DNA of 64,000 nucleotides from Ignavibacteria bacterium (GCA_041917655.1 JAYRXC010000013.1:11886-75885); one strand, 5' to 3'. Positions 36,335-45,886 are shown, counted from the stretch's first letter. The notes: generated by a model from the letters alone, not told the origin. Program-made: numbers and translations.

Positions 36335-37789
36335 ATGCACTATTTTTCACCTGTTATGAAGAGCAGTTCACTGATAGATATCATAAAAACATTTACTGAA
36401 TCTGACATAAAAAGATTCGATGATTTTATTACATCACCCTTTTTCAACAGAAAGCCAACTGTCATAAAGCTATGGACTGAAATTAAGAAACATGCTCCAA
36501 ATTTTGACTCTGAGGCTTTAGCGCGCAAAAATGTGTATGAAATTATAGTCCCCGGCAAAAAATACAATTATGGCACAATGAAGAATATGCTGTTTGATCT
36601 TAACAAGCTTGCAGAGCAGTTCTTATCCCATAGTTTTGATAACAATACTCTCTTTAAAAATGAGATCAGAACCATGAAAGCGTTCCTTGAAAGGGGATTG
36701 AAAAAACACTTTATAAAATCTGTAAATAAAAAGATCACTTCGATGATAAATGCCAAATACTCGTTCGGTGATTTTGAAAAGCTGACTCAGCTTTGTGAAT
36801 TGTGCAACGAGCATTGGGTGCATACATACTTTTATAACAAACCATACGATACGGTCAAATATTCATTTTATTCCTTTTTGGAAACCTATACAACGTGTTA
36901 TAATAATATCAGGGTTGGCAGCAAGGATCTTGCTGAAAGTTCAAGATCAAACAGGGAAGAAGAAACAATCAGAAAGCTCGAGATTATAGGTCCTGCGGAA
37001 GATCTCTTGACGGAAAATGATAATCATGGCAGGATTGTGAAGTTTTTCATCCTTCTGATCAATGCTTATAAGCTTCCCGGCAATATTGAAATATACAATG
37101 AGGCTAAAGCTTACCTTTCAACACTTCATGACCTGTTTGAGCCCACTTCGCTGAACTACTGTTACAGGCTTCTTTCTAATGTAATACTGAATAACAAATC
37201 TGTGCCATTGAATAAAAGAATGGATGAATTCAGCAGCCTGATCAAGATCCTTGTAAATAATAAGATAATGTTCCCGAAGGGTGAACCGATTGGAATACTT
37301 GAATTCAGTAATATTGTAAAACTCACTAACGATGCAGACGTTTTAAGAAAAATGCTGAATGATAACCTGGGTAATGTGCTGGAGCAATACAGGGAAAATA
37401 TGAGGGACTATGCAATGGCACACATTCACTATCTGTCAAAGGATTATGGGGCACTAATGAGAACTTGTTCCCGAATGAAATTCGACCTGTTCCTCTTGAA
37501 GGCCGACGTTAAGTCAATTCAGCTGAAAGCACTTTACGAAATGAACGATTTTGAGACTTTCCAATACCAGGCGGATTCATTCATACGTACGCTGCCTAAG
37601 ACCACAAAATTACGGGAGGAGTACATTTCAGGTTATCTGAATCTGGTGGAATCTATAAGAAAGCTATTCAGATTCAGAGAAACAAGGGAAAGCAAGTATT
37701 ACGTGGAGATCAAAAAAACGCTTGAATCACAGAAAGTAAACTCAAATTTATGGGTGGCAAACAGGCTTGCCGAGCTAAACAGAAAATAA
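36335..37789 (+). CDS. hypothetical all-alpha protein, paralog of 1386..2879 (start more likely the ATG at 36356)
   Basis: N-terminal alignment with the 1386 ORF (see that entry). Similar length and composition. Divergent from three T9SS cargo genes. Confidence 0.6.
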   Translation: MHYFSPVMKSSSLIDIIKTFTESDIKRFDDFITSPFFNRKPTVIKLWTEIKKHAPNFDSEALARKNVYEIIVPGKKYNYGTMKNMLFDLNKLAEQFLSHSFDNNTLFKNEIRTMKAFLERGLKKHFIKSVNKKITSMINAKYSFGDFEKLTQLCELCNEHWVHTYFYNKPYDTVKYSFYSFLETYTTCYNNIRVGSKDLAESSRSNREEETIRKLEIIGPAEDLLTENDNHGRIVKFFILLINAYKLPGNIEIYNEAKAYLSTLHDLFEPTSLNYCYRLLSNVILNNKSVPLNKRMDEFSSLIKILVNNKIMFPKGEPIGILEFSNIVKLTNDADVLRKMLNDNLGNVLEQYRENMRDYAMAHIHYLSKDYGALMRTCSRMKFDLFLLKADVKSIQLKALYEMNDFETFQYQADSFIRTLPKTTKLREEYISGYLNLVESIRKLFRFRETRESKYYVEIKKTLESQKVNSNLWVANRLAELNRK

Positions 37790-37790
37790 C

Positions 37791-39215
37791 CTAGTTATCT
37801 CTTGCTATTAAAAATTGGAGAACACGCTCCCAATCCTTTTCAAAATCAAATTCAAAACGTTCGTGCGGATTTATGGTAAACGCCATTTCAATATACTTTA
37901 TTCCCAGTTCAATTTCAGCCTTCAGGAAATAAAGCTTCGCTTTGGAATAATACGGCTCTGCCCAGGCTGATCTCAACCCGATAAGTTTGCTCAGAAGGTT
38001 TTCGGCCTCATCATATTCTTCGGCATCTATATAGGTATTGGCAAGGTCAAGGGTTGCCTGGTAGTTATCCGGGTTCAGCGTCAATACTGTAATATAGCTC
38101 GAAATTGATTCGCTCAGTCTGCCCAAATTATACTCTGCATCTGCCTTTGCGTACCATAGTTCGGGATTCTCTTTGAACAGGTCAACGGCTTTATCGTAAT
38201 CACGCAGCGCCTTATTAAAATCTTCAAGCTGGTAATAGCAGTTGCCCCTGCCGAAATATGATTCATAGTGCGAAGGATCAATCGTAACTGCCTTGGTAAA
38301 AGTTTCTATAGCCGCACGGCAGTCGCCCATCTGTTCGTATGCGCTAGCAAGGTTATATAATGCGTAAACATCCTTCCGATTATACATCAGCGCAGTTTTG
38401 TAATCCTCAATTGCCCTCGTCAATATACCAAGGCTTGCGTGCGCGTTGCCTTTATTGTACCAGGCGCTGGCAAATTTCGGATTGACGGAAAGCGCCATTT
38501 CATAACATTGAATGGCATAATAGTATCTGCCCATACGGCTCAGGACAACACCCATGTTATACCAGGCGTTGTAATTGAACGGAACTATACCAATGTGCTT
38601 TTCATAAGCTTTTATGGAATCAACAAGCCTGTCAATATAGTCATAGCAGTAGCCCATTTCATAATACGCGTCTTTATGGCCGGGGTCAAGCTCTATAATT
38701 TTCCGGAAACATGAAATAGCTTCTTCGAACCTGTCAACTTTCTCGAGGATGAGCCCTTTATTAAACAGCGCATCTATATTATTGGGTGCGAAATTCAGCA
38801 CTGACTCGAAACAGTCTATAGATTCGTTAAACATGCCTGAATTATCAAGGGTTATTCCTTTGTTTATCAGCGATTCTTCATCGTTTGGATTCAGGTTTAT
38901 TGCCTTATCAAAACAAACGATCGCGTTTTTGTAATCGCCTTTATGGTCAAAAATAATAGCCTTTCTCTGCCACAGCTCGTTTGAATAAGGGAAATAATCA
39001 AGAAGTGAATTCAGGCAGCTAATTGCCTTCGAATGCTCTTCTTTCTCAAGCAGGTAATTCACCATGTCATCAATAGAATCAATATCAAGATCAGGCATTA
39101 CGCGCTCGGTTTTGTTGAGCAATGCCTCTATCAATTCTTCCTTATTCAGATTTTTCCTTTTAGAACCTTCTTCGAACTCAATGTCGTCGAAAAATCCCAT
39201 AATATCTTGCTCCAA
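37791..39215 (-). CDS. tetratricopeptide-repeat protein
   Basis: At least ten consecutive 34-residue units of the pattern 'W..KG......G.Y..AI..Y.KA(L/I)..(N/D)P'. Confidence 0.8.
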   Translation of the reverse strand: MEQDIMGFFDDIEFEEGSKRKNLNKEELIEALLNKTERVMPDLDIDSIDDMVNYLLEKEEHSKAISCLNSLLDYFPYSNELWQRKAIIFDHKGDYKNAIVCFDKAINLNPNDEESLINKGITLDNSGMFNESIDCFESVLNFAPNNIDALFNKGLILEKVDRFEEAISCFRKIIELDPGHKDAYYEMGYCYDYIDRLVDSIKAYEKHIGIVPFNYNAWYNMGVVLSRMGRYYYAIQCYEMALSVNPKFASAWYNKGNAHASLGILTRAIEDYKTALMYNRKDVYALYNLASAYEQMGDCRAAIETFTKAVTIDPSHYESYFGRGNCYYQLEDFNKALRDYDKAVDLFKENPELWYAKADAEYNLGRLSESISSYITVLTLNPDNYQATLDLANTYIDAEEYDEAENLLSKLIGLRSAWAEPYYSKAKLYFLKAEIELGIKYIEMAFTINPHERFEFDFEKDWERVLQFLIARDN

Positions 39216-39281
39216 ACTTTTTTCTTAATTCAATCTAAAAGTTTTTATTCGTTATGTCAAGTTAATATTTAAATGTAAGAG

Positions 39282-39299
39282 GTGTAAAAATTTTTACAC
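39282..39299. promoter_or_regulatory. perfect 18-bp AT-rich palindrome upstream of the TPR gene
   Basis: GTGTAAAAATTTTTACAC, 67-84 nt upstream of the start codon at 39215 (-). Confidence 0.3.
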
Positions 39300-39386
39300 T
39301 GTTTGATATGAACAGCATTTGTTATTCTTGTGGCTCTCCATGTATATGTTAACTCTCCGTTAATGAATGCTGCCGCTCAAAAACGG

Positions 39387-40049
39387 CTAATCATTCCACA
39401 CAAGCTCAAACAGAAGAAATGAAGCGGTAACAACTACTACCGTGTATGATGCGATCATCTGTAATTCTCCGGCTATGGCGCCGAACGGAACCCCGTCTAT
39501 TGTGAGCCACGTAGCGCTGATGGCGGCCAGCAGCAGCGGCAGCAGCAGGGGGAATGAAAGCACAGGGTAAAGTGTGCCCTTGGAGCTTGCCTTGGATATC
39601 AATGCCGCAATTATGGTCATTACTGCCGATAGGCCCAGGTTGCCCAAGCCGATAGTGAGCGAAAAAAGCGCCAGGTTCTTTATATCAAGCCCGGTTATGA
39701 TTATGTACAGAAAAATTATCAGGAAATTTATTATAAAAGTGAGGACTGTGTTAAAAATCAGCTTGCCTAAAAAAACCGACCTTGGATCGGCGCTTAATTT
39801 CAGCACCAGTGATGTGCCGCGCTCTTCTTCCGAAACGAATACCCTTGAAAGTCCGTTGGAAGTAGCGAAAAAGATAATTATCCACAGCAGCCCGGCATTC
39901 ATTTCGCTTGAAATTTTATCTTCACCCAGAGAGAATTTTATTACCGAGATCACTACAATAATGAACATAAGAAGCGCGTTGACCGCATAGCGTGTGCGGA
40001 TCTCGCTGTTAAAATCCTTTTTACATATTGCCAGGGCCTGTTTAAGCAT
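39387..40049 (-). CDS. CcmB-family ABC exporter permease
   Basis: Six-TM protein. 'LLWIIIFFATSNGLSRVFVSEEERGTSLVLKLS' parallels E. coli CcmB 'IIWVAALLSSLLALERLFRDDLQDGSLEQLMLL', and 'LSFPLLLPLLLAA' parallels 'LVLPLTIPLLIFA'. Confidence 0.7.
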   Translation of the reverse strand: MLKQALAICKKDFNSEIRTRYAVNALLMFIIVVISVIKFSLGEDKISSEMNAGLLWIIIFFATSNGLSRVFVSEEERGTSLVLKLSADPRSVFLGKLIFNTVLTFIINFLIIFLYIIITGLDIKNLALFSLTIGLGNLGLSAVMTIIAALISKASSKGTLYPVLSFPLLLPLLLAAISATWLTIDGVPFGAIAGELQMIASYTVVVVTASFLLFELVWND

Positions 40050-40695
40050 CGGGATTTATACTTATTTCCCGGTCACAAAGTGAACGCTCATGTGGATCAT
40101 TTGTCGCGATAATCAGTATCCTGTCCTTTTTGTACTCATTTGCGATATCATCCACAACTGAAATTCCTTCGAGGTCAAGATTGCTTGTCGGCTCATCAAG
40201 CAGCAGTATCTGCGGTTCATGCAGAATAGCGAACGCGATTTTTAATCGCTGCTTCATGCCGGAAGAATAAATCTTCAGTAAATCATTTCTCCGGTTAAAA
40301 AGTCCAACCCGCTTTAGAACATTATCAATATTGCCGTGGCCTGAGCCGCGTATATCGGAAATTATCTTCAGGTTTTCATAACCCGAAAATTCATCGTACA
40401 AATTCAGGTACGGTGAAACGAATCCCATATACCTGTAAACCGATTCTCTTTTGATCTTTTCGTTACCATCATAGAGGTCAATAGTACCCGAGGACTGTAT
40501 CAGTAAATTCGCAATTATCTTTATTAGGGTTGATTTGCCGGAACCATTCCTTCCCGTAATTGCCGTAGCGCTGCCCGGGCGGAGCTCAAAGTTCACATTT
40601 TTGAATATGGGACGGCGGTCAAACTTTCTTGAGAGATCAACAGCCTTGAGCAGGATACCCTTATTTGATTGAATTTCAGAGGTTTCGGGCGGCAT
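40042..40695 (-). CDS. ABC transporter ATP-binding protein (CcmA-like)
   Basis: Walker A 'GRNGSGKSTL', signature-like 'YSSGMKQRL' and Walker B 'LLLDEPTSNLD'. Overlaps the permease gene by 8 nt. Confidence 0.8.
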   Translation of the reverse strand: MPPETSEIQSNKGILLKAVDLSRKFDRRPIFKNVNFELRPGSATAITGRNGSGKSTLIKIIANLLIQSSGTIDLYDGNEKIKRESVYRYMGFVSPYLNLYDEFSGYENLKIISDIRGSGHGNIDNVLKRVGLFNRRNDLLKIYSSGMKQRLKIAFAILHEPQILLLDEPTSNLDLEGISVVDDIANEYKKDRILIIATNDPHERSLCDREISINPDA

Positions 40696-40737
40696 TATAT
40701 AGCGGTAGGCATGGTTTTGTTTTCCGGTCGCACGGTA

Positions 40738-41229
40738 CTAATTATGTATAATGCCATGTTTCTTGTTAAGCCTTTGTGTTCTTCTTATCAGGGCGTCATT
40801 GAACCACTTGTTTTCTTCATCAGTATCCGGGATAATCTGCGGCACGGGCATCTTTGCGCCGGTTTCAAGATCAACACATACAAAAGTGAAGTATGCGCTG
40901 TTTGAATGTTTCTTCTCACCGGTCTTAAAATCTTCAACTTCAACTTTTACTCCTACTTCCATAGAAGTATTGAATGCCCTGTTCACATTTGCGCATAAAG
41001 AAACAATATTGCCCAGCTTGATGGGTTCGTGGAATGAAAGGTCATCAACTACAGCCGTAACCGCAACATTATTACAGTGCCTCGATGCAGCCATAGCAGC
41101 CGCAATATCCATCCAGTGCATCAGTCTGCCGCCTAAAAGATTCTGCAGTATATTTGTATCATTGGGAAGCACAAGCTCAATCATAGTAACCTGTGATTCC
41201 TTCATATGTTTTGGCTTCAGTTCGCTCAT
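40738..41229 (-). CDS. acyl-CoA thioesterase (hotdog fold, YciA-like)
   Basis: 'ELVLPNDTN..QNLLGGRLMHWMDIAAAMAASRH....VVTA.VD.L.F..PI..G'. Confidence 0.8.
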   Translation of the reverse strand: MSELKPKHMKESQVTMIELVLPNDTNILQNLLGGRLMHWMDIAAAMAASRHCNNVAVTAVVDDLSFHEPIKLGNIVSLCANVNRAFNTSMEVGVKVEVEDFKTGEKKHSNSAYFTFVCVDLETGAKMPVPQIIPDTDEENKWFNDALIRRTQRLNKKHGIIHN

Positions 41230-41240
41230 TTTCAGGAGTT

Positions 41241-42017
41241 CTATTTGGATGTCTGGTATTCTTTGATCTTTGAGCTAAGCCGGTCAGCTTTGCTTTTCAG
41301 GTTACTCTTCGGGAAAAGCTTGTAGAATTTTTCCAGAACTCTTTTAGCGTCTTCATATCGTTTCCCGTTTATGTAAGCGTCAGCCTGGCCAACCATTGCG
41401 TCATCTGCCCATTCGGAATCGATATACTCATCATACACGGCCTGGAAATACAATGACGCGGCCTTGTAGTTATCGGTCTTCATATAAAGCTCGGCTGTCC
41501 AGTAATCCTTATAAGCCAGCTTGTTCCTCATTTCTTTTATCTTTCTTTCAGCATCGCTCACATTTTTATCCTGCGGGAACGATTCTATATATGAAAGGAA
41601 TTCGTTCAGAGCTTCTCTTGTGAATTGCTGGTCAAGAGAGTATTTGGGAGAAAGCTCGTAATATGAGTTGGCAAGCATGTACTTGCCTTCAGGATAGAGC
41701 GGACTTAATGGGTAGTTCTTCAGAAAGCTGTCGAACTCATACGCTGCGAGAAGGAATTCCCTCTGCCCGAAGTAGCTGCTTGCAAGATAGTACTGTACCT
41801 TATCGGATACTTCCGTGCCGGGGAACCGAATTTTTATATATGAGAAATCCTCGATGGCATCAACGTAATCCTTTTTGTCGTATTTCCGCTTAGCGATATC
41901 GAACGCTTTCTGCGGGTCATCGGTATTAATATCTGTTTTGGATGAGCCGCAGCCGATTACCAGTTGGGCTAAAAACAGGATAACTACTATGCGGGCTGCT
42001 GTTAAAGTGATTTTCAA
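41241..42017 (-). CDS. bamD: outer-membrane protein assembly factor BamD
   Basis: Lipobox 'LVIGCGSS' and TPR-like content with 'Y...A...F...YP.S......Y.LA.SYY', typical of BamD/YfiO. Confidence 0.75.
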   Translation of the reverse strand: MKITLTAARIVVILFLAQLVIGCGSSKTDINTDDPQKAFDIAKRKYDKKDYVDAIEDFSYIKIRFPGTEVSDKVQYYLASSYFGQREFLLAAYEFDSFLKNYPLSPLYPEGKYMLANSYYELSPKYSLDQQFTREALNEFLSYIESFPQDKNVSDAERKIKEMRNKLAYKDYWTAELYMKTDNYKAASLYFQAVYDEYIDSEWADDAMVGQADAYINGKRYEDAKRVLEKFYKLFPKSNLKSKADRLSSKIKEYQTSK

Positions 42018-42020
42018 TTT

Positions 42021-42710
42021 TTATTTTGACCTAATTGTAAAAAATAGTATTGCTGCAACTGCGGAAGCAGTTATTACTGCAGCAGGAAAAATTATTGATT
42101 CAATGAAGCTTATATCGGGGGGGAATGACTTAGTGAATCCGTATTCCGCTGATTCAAACTTCTCGTAACCGTCATATGGTATCTCGTCGGTGTATAAAGT
42201 ATTGATGTTATCGTTAACTATCATTGTGCCGGTATTTGAGCTTATCTCTATTCCCAGTTCCGAAGTTATCCGCCGCTCCATGGTTTTTTCGCCGAGGAAT
42301 TTGTTCTTCAGAAGCTTTGTATAAACTGTCCCCAGCTTTTTAACATCTATCCTGCAGAAGTTATATGCCGAGTCACCTGTTGCACTTTCATCACCTGTAA
42401 CAAAGCTTATGTTAAGCTTTTCTGATGAAGCGGTTTTTTTTACCAGGTTCTGGATGAACTTCTTCTCTTCTTTATTATTCTTTAAAGAGCTGATCCTGAA
42501 AATAAACGGCAGGCTTCTGTTTACCGAGGGGTAATACAAGAACCTCTCAAGCTCGCCGGAAATATCCTGTTCAAGCACTTCAAGATTGCTTTTTGGGGTA
42601 TTTTGTGCTGATGCCTGAATATTCAGTATGGCCGCAAAAAACACCAAATATAACGTACTTTTCAGGAAAGTATGAGTTATCAAAGAGCCAATTTTTTTAT
42701 TATTGTTCAA
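42021..42710 (-). CDS. hypothetical protein with an N-terminal signal/anchor and a C-terminal TM helix
   Basis: ORF of 229 aa, first gene of the co-directional block ending at ccmB-like. 'IIFPAAVITASAVAAILFF' lies at the C-terminus. Confidence 0.45.
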   Translation of the reverse strand: MNNNKKIGSLITHTFLKSTLYLVFFAAILNIQASAQNTPKSNLEVLEQDISGELERFLYYPSVNRSLPFIFRISSLKNNKEEKKFIQNLVKKTASSEKLNISFVTGDESATGDSAYNFCRIDVKKLGTVYTKLLKNKFLGEKTMERRITSELGIEISSNTGTMIVNDNINTLYTDEIPYDGYEKFESAEYGFTKSFPPDISFIESIIFPAAVITASAVAAILFFTIRSK

Positions 42711-42953
42711 TCCCCGGTGATATTTCCTGAGTATGCCTTCAATAGTATAATCAAAAACACAGCGTTAAAATTTCAACACTTTGAAGGCATAATTCGGCAA
42801 ATTACTAATAAATAGCCCCTGATTCAAGGAAGATAGATGTTTGGGACAGGCTATGTTAAATCCCATGCCCTCAAAAAAATTGAAAATTTGTAATTTCGCA
42901 ATTTCTTTGGTGAATGGCAGTAAAATATTAGATAAGAGTTTTTTGCTTTTGAC

Positions 42954-43051
42954 CCTCACCCCCAACCCCTCTCCCGAAGGGAGAGGGGAGAAAAACCCCA
43001 AGAAATTTCGTTATTCCCACTCTCCTCTGGAGAGGGGGGTAGGGGGTGAGG
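42954..43051. repeat. double-hairpin module, copy 2
   Basis: CCTCACCCCC(42954-63)...GGGGGTGAGG(43042-51) encloses CCCCTCTCCC/GGGAGAGGGG (42966-88) and CTCTCC/GGAGAG (43020-34). Followed by TCGAAT, as in copy 1. Confidence 0.65.
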
Positions 43052-43227
43052 TCGAATCTTCAGCGATTTTCAATATAAAGTTTATTCAAAAATTGATTTT
43101 CAGATTTGTGAATACTGTTGTGTTAAAAGCCTGCGATCTTAACGGAAATTACTTCCTTGAAAGAGTCTAAAAATATGGGTAAAATGCAGATTATATAAAA
43201 TTTTAACAGATTTCCGGGCTCAATTTA

Positions 43228-44226
43228 ATGAAAAACCTCCTCATCGCAGCAATTTTTATGCTGGCGGCTGCCGGCTCTATTTTTTCTCAAAAGAAGCTTA
43301 TTGCTTTTTCAAGCGACGCAACAAAAAATGACAAACAGCAGATCTTTGTAATGGATGAAGACGGCGATAACGTCATGCAGGTCAGCTTCCTTGACCTGGA
43401 CTGCTATGCCCCTAAGTTTATTCCGAACAGCACAAAGCTCCTGTTTTGCGCTACAAACCGAATTTCAGATTATCTCTATATGATCGATCTTGCCGATACA
43501 AGCACATTCAGATTTCCAATATTCGTTGATGGCGGGCTTGATCCTGTAGTAATGAAAGACGGCAGCATGTTAATGTACCGTTCTGAAAAAGATGAAAACA
43601 ACGCTATCTATATAACCGATCTTGTTACAGGAGAGTCTTTCCCTATTAGTGATGGAAGCCTCGCGACTCACGCGGAGTTTTCACACGACGGCTCAAGGAT
43701 TGTTTACTCTTCAAGCGCTGACCAGAACTTTGATCTTGTGATACTGAATTTGACCGATACTACCGATAATGCCCAGAAGACAATTGTTGCAACCAAAGAT
43801 GCTGAAATTTACGGTACATTCTCACCCGATGATAAGAAGATCGCATTCTCATCATTTGATATCAATTACAAAGGTACGCTGAAGGTTTGCGATGATAACG
43901 GCAAAGGAGTAAAGGTAATTTCATCAAGCGGAAGCTCGTATAACCCGAAGTGGTCGCCCGATGGCAAATACCTTGCTTACGTTTCGGATAAATCAGGCAA
44001 GTTCCAGATCTACCTGTGCAAACCTGATGGCAGCTCAATGAAACAGCTTTCCAGTGAATCAGGAAGCGTCATAGACTTTGATTGGTCGTCAGACGGTAAA
44101 AAGATAGTTTATGACAGCCAGGGCGAAAGCGTTTCAGGTATATGGATAATCGATGTTGAAAAGGGCTCAAAGCAGAACCTGACAGGCGATAAAGCCAATA
44201 ATATTACGCCGGCTTTCCAGCCGTAG
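43228..44226 (+). CDS. TolB-like PD40 beta-propeller protein
   Basis: Signal peptide and repeated 'P.(W/F)SPDG..(I/L)A(F/Y).S' units, e.g. 'YNPKWSPDGKYLAYVSDKSGKFQIY'. Confidence 0.7.
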   Translation: MKNLLIAAIFMLAAAGSIFSQKKLIAFSSDATKNDKQQIFVMDEDGDNVMQVSFLDLDCYAPKFIPNSTKLLFCATNRISDYLYMIDLADTSTFRFPIFVDGGLDPVVMKDGSMLMYRSEKDENNAIYITDLVTGESFPISDGSLATHAEFSHDGSRIVYSSSADQNFDLVILNLTDTTDNAQKTIVATKDAEIYGTFSPDDKKIAFSSFDINYKGTLKVCDDNGKGVKVISSSGSSYNPKWSPDGKYLAYVSDKSGKFQIYLCKPDGSSMKQLSSESGSVIDFDWSSDGKKIVYDSQGESVSGIWIIDVEKGSKQNLTGDKANNITPAFQP

Positions 44227-44285
44227 CAGAGAGTCAATCAATTTTTGTTTCAATCAAGTAATTCTGTTCAGGCAAAGAATTTCAA

Positions 44286-45239
44286 ATGAAAGTAATAGAA
44301 CATTTAGAGCGTTCAGGCGGCAAGCCGATCATAAGCTTTGAGGTTATACCCCCAAAAAGAGGCGGCGATATTACTCAGCTTTTCAGCGTAATAGAGGATA
44401 TTATGAAATACGAGCCGCCTTTCATTGATGTTACTTCAAGAGCGGCCGAGGTTGAATACAGGGAAACACCGCAGGGTATCCAGAAAAAAGTGATTCGCAA
44501 ACGCCCCGGCACAATTGGAATAAGCGTTGCTATTAAAAATCATTTTAATATAGATACTGTGCCGCATATGCTTTGCCTCGGCTTCACACGTGAAGAAACC
44601 GAAGACGCGCTGATAGAGCTTAATTACCTCGGGATCGAAAATGTACTCGCGATCCGCGGCGATGACCTGGGTTATCATAAGCCAATACCGGAATACAAAT
44701 CGCAGAACAGGTACGCCTATGAGCTTATCGGGCAGATAGATAATATGAACAAGGGCAAGTACCTTGAAGAAGACCTGCTTGATGCCAAACCAACCAATTT
44801 CTGCGTGGGCGTCAGCGGATACCCTGAAAAACACTTCGAAGCTCCCAATATGAAAGTTGAAGTTGAGCACGTTAAGCAGAAGATTGCCGCAGGCGGAGAT
44901 TACATCGTAACGCAGATGTTTTATGACAACAAAGTGTATTTTGATTTTGTGAAAAAATGCAGGGAAGCCGGCATAACTGCGCCTATTATTCCGGGCTTGA
45001 AGGTTCTGACAGCGAAAAACCACCTGTATAATATTCCAAAGAACTTTTACATTAACATTCCTGAAGAGCTTTCAAGCGAGATATTGGAAGCAAAAGACGC
45101 ACATGTTACCGAGATCGGAGCAAGGTGGACAGCAAAACAGGCGGAAGAATTGCTGAATAACGGAGCACCCAGCCTGCATTTCTATATTATGCAAAGCGCT
45201 CGCCCTATCAACAAAATGTTTGAAAACTTGAAAATGTAA
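44286..45239 (+). CDS. metF: methylenetetrahydrofolate reductase
   Basis: 'ISFEVIPPKRG', 'PHMLC.G.TREE....L..L...GI.N.LA(L/I)RGD' and 'GVSGYPEKH'. Confidence 0.88.
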   Translation: MKVIEHLERSGGKPIISFEVIPPKRGGDITQLFSVIEDIMKYEPPFIDVTSRAAEVEYRETPQGIQKKVIRKRPGTIGISVAIKNHFNIDTVPHMLCLGFTREETEDALIELNYLGIENVLAIRGDDLGYHKPIPEYKSQNRYAYELIGQIDNMNKGKYLEEDLLDAKPTNFCVGVSGYPEKHFEAPNMKVEVEHVKQKIAAGGDYIVTQMFYDNKVYFDFVKKCREAGITAPIIPGLKVLTAKNHLYNIPKNFYINIPEELSSEILEAKDAHVTEIGARWTAKQAEELLNNGAPSLHFYIMQSARPINKMFENLKM

Positions 45240-45253
45240 TTCACCCCGCAAAC

Positions 45254-45886
45254 TTGGGACTTAAACAAGAGCTAACATATTTTTCAAAGGCATGCAGCTC
45301 CTCCGGTTTTGTGAAGGCTACCGACGGGAATTTAAGCGTAAGGACCAGGAAAAACTTCATCCTTTCAACCGCAACAAAGACAAATAAAGGAAAAATTAAA
45401 CCCGGTGATATTGTTAAGACTGATATCAAAGGTAAAAAGCTTTCTGGAAGCCGCAAGGCTTCAAGCGAGCTTAAGCTGCATCTTTATATCTACAGCAAAA
45501 GAAAAGATGTGAACGCAGTAATTCACACTCACCCGCTGCATTGCTGTGCGTTTGCGGCGGCAGGAAAGGCCATAAAAACGATAGTTCTGCCTGAGTTTTA
45601 CCTGCAGGTGGGCAGCGTTCCACTGGCAAAATTCGCGTTACCTTCAACTGACGAGGTGCCGGAATCAATTGCCCCGTTTATTGAAAAGCACAATGTTATC
45701 CTTCTTCAGAACCACGGCCTTGTTGCGTTCGGAAAAACACTGGAAGAAGCTTACCTGCTGACTGAAAAAGTTGAGCAGTATGCGCAGATACTTCTGCTTG
45801 CGAAAATTCTTGGCGGCGCTAAGGAGCTTACACCTGCTCAACTGAAAAAACTGGATTCGCTAAACATTACAGAAAAGAAAAAGTGA
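45254..45886 (+). CDS. class II aldolase/adducin-family protein
   Basis: 'ATDGNLSVR', 'SSELKLHL.IY..R.DVNAVIHTHP' (zinc His pair) and 'LLQNHGLVAFGKTLEEA'. TTG start. Confidence 0.75.
   Translation: MGLKQELTYFSKACSSSGFVKATDGNLSVRTRKNFILSTATKTNKGKIKPGDIVKTDIKGKKLSGSRKASSELKLHLYIYSKRKDVNAVIHTHPLHCCAFAAAGKAIKTIVLPEFYLQVGSVPLAKFALPSTDEVPESIAPFIEKHNVILLQNHGLVAFGKTLEEAYLLTEKVEQYAQILLLAKILGGAKELTPAQLKKLDSLNITEKKK

Noticed and set aside
39387-40695. Calling the ABC pair a cytochrome c maturation (System I) locus
   Set aside because: Only the CcmA- and CcmB-like genes are present, with no ccmC-H nearby. I annotate them at family level only; see the corresponding finding.
42765-43170. Track ORFs 42765..43001 (-) and 42841..43170 (+)
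   Set aside because: They overlap each other on opposite strands and read through the double-hairpin module ('PNPSPEGRGE', 'SPLERGVGGE'). This is a repeat translation artefact.
44436-45023. 195-aa antisense ORF inside metF; similarly 40751..41266 opposite the thioesterase, 22810..23169 opposite dtd, and the alternative-frame ORFs 3763..4239 and 4070..4276 inside the LamG cargo gene
   Set aside because: The annotated frames carry clear family motifs. These alternative-frame and antisense ORFs have none and are the expected size for chance ORFs in this composition.
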